64,000 nucleotides of DNA from Takakia lepidozioides (Eukaryota; Plantae; Bryophyta), in the NCBI GenBank assembly GCA_030704615.1, contig CM060732.1, positions 82,894,001 through 82,958,000 on the forward strand, given 5' to 3'. The position numbers and the translations under genes were made by a program. Shown here piece by piece: positions 41,701 through 53,011 of this stretch. Under the pieces are notes generated by a model. The model did no database searches. It was not told the origin of the DNA and saw only the letters and a program-made list of their open reading frames with translations. Within the stretch, counting starts at the first letter, position 1. Each line of letters starts with the position of its first letter.

Positions 41701-42897
41701 CGGTGTGGTCTTGTTGCCAAGCTCGCAACTTCTTCCCAATGGTGGACTATATTTTTGCAGCCCACACTAATCTGGTTTTCCAGTGGGATGCCCTTCACTG
41801 TGACGAGGATCCAGTCCTCCCATGCCGTAAGGGGTCTGATTCAAAGCCATTATATTTCAAGAACTTGTCTACAGTGTGGGCAAACTGGCTAGAATGGACT
41901 TATGAGGACAGTGTTCTTGTTGACGACACACCAAGAAAGGCGGCAAACAATCCTCCCTTCAGTGGGATTTTTCCAGAGCCATGGAAGGTGCAACCAGATT
42001 CACCAATTGATGAGTATCTAACAGAGGTGTTGTGGCCTTTCTTGTGGAAGGCATCGAAAGCTGCCAGTATTCCCAAGTTTTTGGAGTCTCAGCCTGTTTT
42101 CAGACAACAACCATACAACACTGCTACTGTGAAGGTACAAACATCCTGACAGTGCTCCAGAGGCTACATTTTTGTGGGTTCATTCATTGCATTGCTTTCC
42201 TGGATGCTTCTCCTCGGTTGCTTGATTAATGCTAGGTTTTCTTTGCAGCTTTTCATGTTGGTTTTTTTTGTTTGATTCATACTTGGATTTTGTTTCTATT
42301 CACTATTCCTGTTTGCTCATTGCTTTCCTGGTTGATCTCTGGTATGTGACATAGGAACTTGTGACAAACAAAGGTGATATTGTCGACAAGCCGGTACAGA
42401 TGAGGGGCAAGAGTGTCGACCCGGCGAGTAGCCCCCAAAAGAGGTCTCACCACCACTGGAGACTGCAAATGGAGTAAGTCCAGGCCGTTGTCTTGTCTGT
42501 TATATTTTTTCCAACCTTGGGGCTCTCTTTAACTCGCAAATGTTGAGTGTCCTAGTCGTGTGTATGTCATGGGTTTTCACATCGTGTTCTTTTTTGTGTG
42601 GAGTTGGGATCACAGTTCAGGGTGGGTGACGAGGTTTGGTTGTTGGATGTGAACTCCAAACGCAAGAAATGTGGAGTAGGGCTGATTGTTGCTCTTCAAG
42701 GTGCTGTGGTGGGTTACGGGTACCCTGCTGTGCCCCTTGATTATGCCTGTGTGTACATCAAAGAGGCATGTGTCAGTAACACCCCTCTACCATATGTGAA
42801 TGGTGTTAGGAAACAGACCAAGTTGGGGCAGGTGGTTGGCCAGACAACACTTTGGAGTCTAAAGTTACTGAAACTTATGGAGCTGCGGAAGGGATAG
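38800..42897 (+). pseudogene. CACTA accessory (TnpA-like) spliced gene with an internal FCP1/NIF HAD-phosphatase domain
   Basis: Acidic and PYGQ-rich N-terminus, then Ptta-like VSDEVWKQVVSYW..S..MK..TKTGRGG (40176-40610), then NIF-like LLILDLNGLL..RP..DFLQKCFEHFEVAVWS..KNLSTVW..VLVDDTPRKA..NP (41530-42100), then a Tnp1-like GDEVWLL..VYIKEA..TPLPY..LGQVVGQTTLW end (42598-42897). Has stops and frameshifts; exon limits are approximate. Confidence 0.75.
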
Positions 42898-43429
42898 TCA
42901 GTATTGCACTGTTTAACAGAGTTCTTGATTCTAATAGCACTAGAACATACTAGCTACAACAATTCAGCCCATGTGTGGGCTTACTTGTTTTTGCTGGGCC
43001 TTTGAGGCATGGATTTTTTGACCTTGTGGCTTTTGAGGTGTCCATTGGGATATTGGTCTCATTTGGATTTTTGTAATGTGATTTATAGGGCTTGTATTGC
43101 CCTGTACTTGACTATTTCATTCTCCTTGTGGTTGATAGTATGCAGGAGGGATCCATTCTGTTTTCATGTTGGAATTTCACCATGTAATGAAGATTTTAAA
43201 TCATTTAATTTACTTTCATTTTAAATAATAATATTAAAAATAATACCATTAAAAAAAATTCAAGGCTGCAATCTCCCTGTTCTTTTAAATATTAAATGAA
43301 AACTAAAAATTAAAATATGAACATTAAAAATATAAACTATTTCGGAAAACAATCTTGATGACACGTGGCATCACTCTTGCTCAAACCAGAACACGTGGCA
43401 GTATATGACACGACATTCTTTATCCATAT

Positions 43430-44040
43430 TTTCACCACGTGTAAAGATCCGTAGTCATATATGCTAGTCATATATTTTGTCTGTGTGCCACATGTCACAT
43501 CTCAAGTGCAACAGGTGTCCCGCTAATATCTCTCCATGTAGACATCCCTGTAGTCATATGAGCGAGTCATGTAGTCACCACGTGTGAAATCTGCCATAGC
43601 ACACGTGTCTCGCTAGCGCCTCTCCATGTAGGCATCACTGTGCAGACATGTAGTCATATGATCATGGCAAGAAGTCGTGACATGTCAAATTCGCAGTGGC
43701 GCACGTGTCCATCCGTCGCCTCTCCATGTAGACATCACTTTGCAGACATATAGTCATATGATCCCCTGACGAATGCATGACGTGTCGCTTGTGCAGTGGC
43801 GCACGTGTCCCGCTAAAGCCTCTCCATGTAGGCAGCGCTCAACAGACAATGTAGTCATATATTAGTCATATAGTTGTGACTGCAACCCTCTCTGCAGCAG
43901 GACTCCAGGTGCCACGCAAGCAGTCGTGGATATGACTTGCAAAACGCAGTCCTAAAGACTAGTCGCTATGACAGGGTTTTTTCCACTACAGAGTGATGTA
44001 GTCATGAACGCATATAAGACTGAAAAAATAGTCATATGTG
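43430..44040. repeat. CACTA subterminal repeat array
   Basis: Four units of cacgtgtc..tctccatgtag(a/g)ca..gtagtcatat at roughly 90-105 bp spacing. Confidence 0.85.
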
Positions 44041-44070
44041 AAGTCATAAAAACGCTCATCTGTTGTAGTG

Positions 44071-44765
44071 GGGGACCTAGTTTTTTTCTTTTGGGCCTTC
44101 GAGCAAACAGCTTTGAGGTGCCCCATACGTCCACAGTAGCAGCAGACCGTAGAGGCAGTGTCTTCAGATAATTTAACCGAGAAGAAGTTGCCTTTGTCAT
44201 CAATGGGGAGACGAATAAATTCAGGGATGATTGCATCATCAGGCATCATTATAACAATCTTAGGAAACCCATTCTCATGTGCATTTGATGAAATCGAGGC
44301 CCCCCTCCAAGCAAGATTATTCTTAAGGGCTTCCGGACAGTTGTGGGGGTCAAACACTGCCAAACATCCCAAATACTCCCCCAAGAAGTTCCCTATCTCG
44401 GGCAAACTGAAGAGATATTGGTCCGGGATATATGGCAAGGCAATGATCCTGGGACTCCACACCTTTCCATTCTTGTTGCCCATAGCACTCGACCAAGGAA
44501 AAATGTTAACATTAAAACCAGCCAGGTGGGGATTAAAAGAAAGTGCCCTATCTGCAGCTTCCTTTGAATCCAAAAGAACCAAGAAGAATCCTTGGCCTCT
44601 AGAGTGGCAGAAATGATGATTAAGGTCGCCAGACCCCCCTAAGTGACAGATGGCCCAATCCCTTGCATGATCTCTGTCAACTTTTCTACCTGGGAAGTGA
44701 AGAAGCACCCCTTTCTCCGAAAAGTCTGCGACACTGTCGTGGATTGTGGACATATTGAGCTCCAC
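44071..44765 (-). pseudogene. LINE ORF1 N-terminus (DUF4283-like region plus CCHC knuckle)
   Basis: RGQGFFLVLLDSKEAADRAL..FPWS, LPYIPDQY..EIGNFLGE and CCYCGRMGHLKAVC. Confidence 0.85.
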
Positions 44766-47039
44766 TAGAGGGTGAGATTTACGGCAGTTACGTCATTTTG
44801 CACATACATGTGACCGGTTAGCATGCACTCAACAAGTAGTCCATGGCTTACTAGGATCAGTAGGATGAGTTACTGGAACACCATAACAGTCGATCAGACC
44901 TTCTTTAAACTCCCAATTTCCACCTCTCACTGATTGTTTGCTCGTTGTATACACCTTCTCCACACACTATTCTTGATTCTCATGGTTCCCCATTATGCTT
45001 TGCGTGATAATCGTGGAAAATTAATTCAAGGTTTGATCTATTAGTGAGGCGTGACCAGTTGAGTTTATAAGTTTTCTAACATATTTTCTCTTCTCACTCA
45101 AAAAGCTCTATTGCATCATCCTCTCTTCTCCTCAGTTGCAGATTTATCCAAGTGGGTTTGGAAGAGTCCCCTTTGGTTGCTGGTTAAGGTTGTATTTTCT
45201 CTAGTCATTTTGCATGTCCACTAACTTCATTTTATTTTGTGTTGATCTTCTTGCCAGATCTCTCAACGGTATTCATCTCTTTGCTGAGTGGCTTGGGGAT
45301 TATTTTTGTCAAACTCTCATTTGGTTGCGAATATTTCCTAGTCTCATTCAGGTCACATCTGATCAATCTTCTCTATATATTGGTTGTTTGGTTCTATGTG
45401 TAATGATTGGCTCGTTTCTTGGCGACCAATGGTTTTTTGCAAAGATCTCTTTTGGTTATAGGGATTATCATGATGTTGCTAACGCTATTAGTGGTAATTT
45501 AGAAATTGCATTTTTTTTCCCCATCTCTTTTGGGATACGAGAGGTCCACGCTTCCGTATTCATTTCTGGGTCTAAGCACAATAGGGTCGACCCACATTTG
45601 TCTCATGCCAATGATTTAAATGACAACTATTCAAAATATTAGACATTGGCAAAATTGCCATGTGCAGAAGTTGGGCAAAATGACGTGTTATTCGTTGGAT
45701 GGATAGAGGTGTGCGCAAACGTATTTCTTTTCCGACAATGGAAGGTGCTTTCCATGTAGGTGCCCACATCCATGTATTTGACTGCGAGGGAGACAAGCTC
45801 CAATGTGGCTATAGCAGCGAAGGAGGGAGGGGGCTAACAGTAATGGCAGTTTACATTTAGGGGAATGGCAAGAACAACTAGTACACACAACTGATTGCCC
45901 AACCACAAAGATAACACAAAGAGATGTGTTTCAACATGTCAACGTTGTAAAGAGATGTAAAATCTTTATTTTATATGGTTGTGGATTCGGACATGGATGT
46001 CTGGAAGTATCACAACTGTAACCATGGTTGTCTTCTTCTTTTAGTACTTTTGACTTGTACTTAGTTCGAACACGGGTGGTTGAAGTTGGGCTCTCTTCTT
46101 CTTTTTGTCTGGACTTGTTAGTATGAACATGCAATGTGGCTAGAGCTGCAGTTCAATTTAATTGAACATGGATGGGTTGGAGCTGTCACAATATTTTTTT
46201 ATTTGACGTGTAACCAGTAAGCACCATTGTGTATTTGCTATGTAAATTATTTTTAGAGTGATAGATTTTGTGGATATGATGTTTAGAGGCCAAAGCCAAT
46301 TGGGAATGATCCTAAGATGACAACATTCACGGCTGTGCACCTTGAGAGTGGATTGAAGATTGCCGTGGATATGGCTATGGAGAGGTTGCAATATGAGGGG
46401 ATGATGGTGAGTCAAAGAGACAGAGAGTACTTGGATTGTGTGCAGAATGCAAGGAGAGTGAGAGTAGTGGTAGATATGTGGATTTCTGCCTCATTTTTGC
46501 CAAACGTGGAAAAGAGAGGTACGAAAATTGACTGGAAAAGTGAACCACACCTACTGTGAGACATGGACAACCCAAAGATGCGATAAGCTCACCACACAGA
46601 TCAAGAGGTTTTTGAAGGATGAAATAGTGTCGTCATAATATGCTTGCAATTGGCTGCCCTAAAGAGCCACAATTGTTTTCCTTGGCTAATACGTTGGGAA
46701 GCAACATTGACTTTGAGGCAGGGTCGTCATGCAATAACTAATGTAGACCGGGCTAGTTTGAAGGATGTCAAGTTTGTGAAGAGGTGACACAAAGGCGGTT
46801 GCAACTTGACGCACAAGTAGGGATGCCTCGGTGTGAGCCTGGTCACGTGAGCGCGTGAGCGCAACTGCGCTCACGCCACGTCACCTTGCGCCAATGCCAG
46901 GTCACGGGGCTCACTCCACGTCATCACACGTGAAGGCCGCGTCACCATGCGCCCAGAAAGAAGTGGAGTGTATTCCCGCGGATTGGCACCCTTTACCGCG
47001 GAAACAAGCTGGACGACATAATAAAAGGCATTGAATAAA

Positions 47040-47340
47040 GGATGGATGAATGTACAGTTGGATGATAAACAGATGGATGAGTGTGAAAATGAATGTAGAT
47101 GGATGAATGAGGGATGGATAAGAGTAAAATGGATGAATGTATAATGGATGTTGAGCAATGACAGGAAGATGCATGACCAAAACTTTTGACGAATGCACAA
47201 CGTATATGAAATGAGTGTGGAAGGTTTGTGGGGTGGATTAAAGAGTACACAGGATGAATGTACAATGGATGTTGAACAAAGGAAAACATTCATGAATGGA
47301 ACACGCATGAATACACTGTAGATGAATGCACAATGGATAT
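47040..47340 (+). repeat. Degenerate (GGAT/TGGATGAATG) low-complexity repeat
   Basis: Repeated tggatgaatg and atggatg words inside the left end of the MULE-like element. Confidence 0.7.
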
Positions 47341-49834
47341 AAGAAGAGTCAGGGAGGTTTGTGAGATGGATTCATACATATTGCAATTTAAATGAAAGTT
47401 GATTCTGTGATTATTATTTGTTCTAAAGGAACAACTACGGTGGAGGAAGGGGATTCAACGTTTTCCAGATAGTATGAAAATGAATATTAAAAGAATATAG
47501 TTCAGTCTGACTCAGAGTCAGTACAATGTATCCCCGCTTCCTCTGCATCTAAGTTTAAGTATTTTAGAACACCGGATCCACGCTGGATACACCTACGGCT
47601 GGGCAGTAAAAAGTCAGGGGATAGGGACTCGGCCGCGTGAAGTGCCATTGCTTCGGCATAAACATGAAGCAGAAAATTGGAAAGGGGGCTGTCGAAAACA
47701 GACTCGCCAGAAATGACTGTATCTCCTGAAGATCCACCGCTGCCTTTCCTGAAAGATAGCCTAAAAAAGTTATTACTGTAACTTTGATGTTATTGAGAAA
47801 TTGAGTATGGCTCCCAAAGAGGGTTTAGCACTTACTCACATGAAAAGTCGTTGTCGACCTGCTTATCTTTGGGATCGTCATCATTTCGAATTTGAATCCG
47901 ATCAGTCTGTGTGCCTGAAGTGGAGCCAGACAAAAGGGGGAAGAGCACTGTGTTGTAGAGGTCAGAATCACCCTCCATGCCAAAAAGGCTTCTTCCGCCT
48001 GCCTTGCATGCATGGTAAGTTGCTCCTGCACCAGACAGGAGGACATGAACAGTTTGGTGGGGGGGGACTTAAGCAAATGAAACTGTTGAAAGAAAACCAA
48101 TTCGGAAGGAAAAGAACGAACCTGTGGACACAGAAAGATCGACCACCCGTGCAGAGTGGTGGCTGCATGACTCCAGCAGTATTTGCATGAACGCTGGGGA
48201 CTTTTCCTTTGCACCTCTCTAGGGAGTGCCATCTAGTCTCTTCAGAGTCTGACTGGACTGCATGAAGTTGTACAAAATGTCATCGACATGGGGCTCATAG
48301 GGGGGGTTGACGAAACAACCCTGGTCAGAAATCTCAAAGCTGCGGATGGAGGATGGTGTCTTGGAGGTGCGAATCCTGCGCAGGCAGATAGCCTCGAACA
48401 TCCTCGTCTGCCAAAGATAGCAGGTTAGTGTGATAAATACAATCTATAGTGGAAGTGTGTACATCGGCTATTCAGAACTCAGACACAAAAAAATCATTTT
48501 GATCACAAATCGGTGATGATCGGTGTCGATCATAACAAATTCTACTAGAGTGGAGCTGCAGAGAACATTGAAACTCATCATGAATGCACAAGCAGAAGGG
48601 AGACGGCATACCAGCTGACCAGAGAAACCCCCTTTCACAAGGTAGAGGCTTTTCACACAATTTCATGTGCGCAAAACTTCAAACCTTGAAGACTTGAGGT
48701 ATGATGCCAATGCTCGACGACTATCATTGTCACATGACTGAAAAAGCAGAAGTGTCCCTGCATCAGAGAGGAAGTTATTACAGAACCCGAACACCCAACT
48801 CCAGTAGTTGTCCTCGAATTTGTTCCAGCCTGGCGTCTTGCCCTTTGGAAGAACTTCTGGCACAGCCTGGCCATCCGGGATGTCGAGAATGATGCACACC
48901 GCACACGAAGGTGGGACCTGTGCTCACCTGCAACAAACATGTTTTTTATAAGAACGATGGCAAGAATGTTTTCAAAGAACGAGACTGAAATACTGCCAAC
49001 GAAACTTTCAGAGAAAAAGGAAAGAAACTGGAATTCTCACCAGATTGAGGAATGAGATTATATTGTCCCAGGTAGGCGAAGGCACCCCAGTGTATCCTCT
49101 CTTTTCGACTCTGCATCATCGACAGCCAACCCTCATTAACAATTTTCATCTCTCCTGCCGAATCAAAACAGGAAGGGTGTGGCTTGGCATCGAACACGCA
49201 CTGAACTGTGCGGGTATATCTTCCAGCAGTAAAGTCTTGCCCACTCTCCATCTCCTTTTCTTTCTCCTTCCCCTTGTCATTTTCCTTCTCTTTGGACTTG
49301 TCTTTGTCATTTTGCTTTGCTGGTGAGATGGCTATGACATCAACAGCCTTGTCTTTTGGTTTGCCGCCCGCCTTCTTTCCCTTCTGCGGCGTTCCCCGAG
49401 CATCAGGCTCCTTGGCAGCCAATGTTGCTATGTTTCGTTGGTACTCTTCGTCAGTCAAAGGCGCCAGCATCTCAGCGTTATTGTTCAAGTATCTCATATG
49501 TTGTTCTTGAAAGGTCGTGTGCTCCGGTGGGCAGTCAAGGTACCACCCACAGTCTCTGAAGTGAGAAGGACTCCAGTCCTTCAATATCCCTGCAGTATAC
49601 ATGGTTGGATCATTTGCAGGGTCCGACCACATGTCAAGATAGTCTGGAATTCCGCTCAGGTGATTTCCTTCCATAAGCACATATTTCGTGTACGTGAAAA
49701 AAAGGAGATAAATCCCAACCCACCAAAGCGCTCAGTGAGTAAGATGCAAATAAAACAGAATGAAAAAAACATAGAATGAAATGGCTCTGAGAACTGCTCC
49801 AAGGACCTTTCAGGACCATACGACTGCTCTAGAT

Positions 49835-50580
49835 GTGAATGTCGTCAACGCCATTCAAAACATTCCATTCAATGATACTGTAAATACACCCTAATCCACG
49901 TGAATGCAAACTATCATTTTGGAATGACACAGACATAGAAGTGAATGTCGTCAACGACATTCACTTTGGATTTGTGAATACACTCCTAATCAAAGCCTAA
50001 TTATTCCTCAAATGAAGCAAAATCAAAGGATGGAAATCATAAACTCGAGTAAGGAACCCTCCCGGAAACTCAATGCACATTCATAACGAACATATCACTG
50101 AGGACCTCACAACAACACTGTATGTGAATGACGTCAACGCCATTCACAAAAATACCAACAAGGAACCAATTACTTAGCTCCCAATCCATGTAAATTCAAA
50201 TTGTCGCTGGTGAATAATACAGACACAGAAGTGAATGTCGTCAACAACATTCACTTTGGATTTCTCATAACACAGCTTATCAAGCCTCCAGATTCCTCGC
50301 AAGAGGCAAAAACAATGCAGAACAACTGAATGTCTGCATTGACATTCAACAAAATGAAGTGAGGAACCCTCACTGTAAACTCTATGGACATTACAAAAAT
50401 TTACATAACTCTGAGGACCTCTCAACAACTCCGGATGTGAATGTCGTCAACGCCATTCAGGGACATTATCAATTCTAATCAGGGACACTATAAATACACC
50501 CTTAGATCCTAACCAGGTGAATTCATATACTCGCTTAAGAATGACTCAGACAAAGAAGTGAATGTCGTCAACGACATTCA
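49835..50580. repeat. Intronic array of six 24-bp palindromes in three ~300-bp tandem units
   Basis: GTGAATGTCGT-CA-ACGACATTCAC or close variants start at 49835, 49941, 50124, 50231, 50437 and 50558. Confidence 0.92.
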
Positions 50581-52449
50581 ATCTGGATCTATGATTGCAA
50601 TCCTTATGAAACCACATTTTTTCCCAAAAAAAGCAGTAGAGTTTCCAGTATGACATTGCACCTGTACACAACTCGCATCATGGCCCACTCTCCTCCAACC
50701 TGACTGTCAAAGTCGTTGGACCGTAAAATGTTACCATCTTTGGAGAACTCCCGGAAAAAACAGTATCTCCAGGTGAGACCTCTCCACTTCCTTATGTATG
50801 CCTCCAATGACATTTGGGGAGGGGAAACAATCGAAATGTTCAGGTCCTTCAAAGTTTGATCCAGCACAATGACGGCGCGCTTTTCGAGCTGCAAATTGTA
50901 TATTTGTCAGAATTGCAAATAAGATACTCATCACATACTTGAAGAAAAGAAAACGGCATATTTGAATACACACTTGACTCCAAAATGTAGCCTTGTGGAG
51001 CCAGTTATCAAACACCAAATCACTGATTCCTTCCACCTTTGTGCCAGGCTGTATGGTGCTCTTTGGGAACTGATTCAAGTCCTTACTGTTTGATCTGAAT
51101 TCCATATCTCCAGCCACCTTATTTTTGTTTGTGGGTCGACCATCGATATGGCCAGCCGGTGCAATTTCTCCTGCTGCATCTCCGGATGCACATGCTTGTC
51201 ATAGTGTGTTTTGATCTGCTGAAGGAACTCAGAACCAAGTCCAGGATCTACTATTCTAAGCTGCTTTCCGAAGGCGGACATCAATTTGGTTCTTCGCATT
51301 TCAAACTCCTTTTTTATTGCAGCTTCCACACCCTTTGATGTCCTTAGTTCCTCTGGTGTAGTGCGGTAATATTCGGATTTTCCCTTCTCAGCTGCCTCTG
51401 CCAGTTCTTGCTGCATTGATTCAAGTAGTGATTAGCACCGAAGGGACTACAAACATGTATTCGAAAAGTAAACTGAGTACAGACTCGGGCTTACCGCATA
51501 CATGTACTCCAGAAACGCCTCTCGTGTCAAAGAATACCAAGTGCCTGCAGCTCTTCATGTTTCGCACTTCTTGATTATATTGGGTGGGAGTACTGTCCGA
51601 AAATCATCCAGCTTCATCAGACCAATCATCTGAATTCGGAATAGTGTGTGGACCAAGCTTGTTGTCACATGCGATTTCTCTGTCGATCTGTAAAAACATT
51701 GCAAACATTGCATTCCTTAACACTGTTTTTTGGGGATTAATAAGACACTACAGAGGGAATGAAATCTCCTGGATGACTTACTTGTTCACGTCGTGCATAG
51801 CTGTAAGAAGCCTAACGATGTCGTTTCCAGGATCCAAAACCATTGCCTCCACAACAACATGCTTGTCTTTGTCTTTCGCATGGTGTTTCTGAATGTATCC
51901 CATCCATGCCATCGGTGGTTGTCGTCCCAGACGTAGAACATGTGGTTGCAGAATTGCTAGGTGTTCTTTCCCATCATGAGGCCCAGCTCGAACTCCTCAT
52001 TGGCATCTTTCCAGCACTCATCCCAGTTATCACTGATCTCTGGAGACACTAATGTGCTTTTCCCATTTATATCCGTCAGTGACACATAAAAAACTTGTGC
52101 ACCAAGTCTATATCCATGCACAAAATCACTCTCCAATTTTGTTATGTCATGGGAAAGAGGTGGACGCACAACAGGCATAGATATCATCCGGCACAGAGGG
52201 ATGTCCAGACGCCCACCAGATACGAGCATGTCCCTTATAACCTCCTGAGAGTTTACCTTCTGGAATGACATGAGTTCTTTCACCTTGTCAAGGTAGTGCA
52301 CTTCAGATTCATCTACTTCATCTGTATTCTCTGAGCTTTTTCCGGACTCGTCCCCATCTCCAGATCCTTTCCCCTCTGATCCTGTAGGCTTCGACCTCAC
52401 AGTTTTCTGCACGATGCCATTCAATTCTGACTGAGTAATTTTGCAAATA

Positions 52450-53011
52450 GTGAACGACGGTAACGACCATCACTCTGTCTCCAAGAAACTCACTATGAAT
52501 GGTGTGAAACAATTCAGCACAATCTACACAAGCAAAGTTGATCCTGCCGTATTCAAAACAAAAGCGAGAGCGATAGCGAACGGCGTTAACGACAATCACA
52601 AAAGATAAGGACCTGCCGGATCGGTGTTGTGTAATGACATCTATGTGTAAGTGATTGGCGGCAACGACATTCAGTATAGTTTAGGGCAGACAGTAAGTGC
52701 AGATTATTCAGATTGACTCCATTGTGATTATCGTCGCCAGCATGGGAAGAGGAAGGACTGCTTGAAAGGCAATCAGACAGACTGTATGATCTGAACAACA
52801 ATGATTGATGGTATGCCGACCCTCACTCTCTCTTCAAACACATAGGTACATAAATCTCATGAGGAGAATCGAATGGCGTTAACGACGCTCGCAATTCAGT
52901 AGACTTCAATCACATGTTCCTGCTAAAGAAGGGAAGAGGAAGGACTGCTTGAAAGGCAATCAAACAGACTGTATGATCTGAACAACAGTGAATGACGATA
53001 CCGTCAGTCAC
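52450..53011. repeat. Second intronic cluster of degenerate 24-bp palindromes plus a 57-bp direct repeat
   Basis: Variants at 52450, 52576, 52651, 52869 and 52988 (e.g. gtgattggcggcaacgacattcag). gggaagaggaaggactgcttgaaaggcaatca.acagactgtatgatctgaacaaca occurs at 52744 and 52931. Confidence 0.75.

Larger units (their letters stand above)
31616..44070. mobile_element. CACTA (En/Spm) element, formerly autonomous, 12,455 bp
   Basis: TIRs CACTACAAGAGATGAGCGTTTTTAGGACT and CACTACAACAGATGAGCGTTTTTATGACT (27/29 identical), TSD GGG (31613-15 and 44071-73); inserted just after the zinc knuckle of LINE ORF1. Confidence 0.95.
18825..44770 (-). mobile_element. L1-like LINE, originally about 7 kb, split by four nested insertions
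   Basis: ORF1 runs 44765-44071 then 31615-29932. ORF2 runs 29942-29736, 24915-23243, 22203-21193 and about 20755-19280. An A-rich tail (AAAT/AAAC)n lies at about 18825-18874. Coding sequence resumes across each insertion. Confidence 0.9.

Noticed and set aside
44770-44900. LINE 5' end and target-site duplication
   Set aside because: No match found to the sequence flanking the A-rich tail near 18800, so the boundary is left approximate.
48298-48312. NPPY tetrapeptide (FVNPPYEP) as the MTase catalytic motif
   Set aside because: It lies after the motif VIII-like strand in the variable region. The motif IV position, judged by the downstream motifs, is ILDIPDG, so this is probably coincidental; a structure model would settle it.
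49835-50580. CRISPR array
   Set aside because: Spacers are 80-180 bp and themselves repeated in ~300-bp units, there are no cas genes, and the context is a eukaryotic intron.
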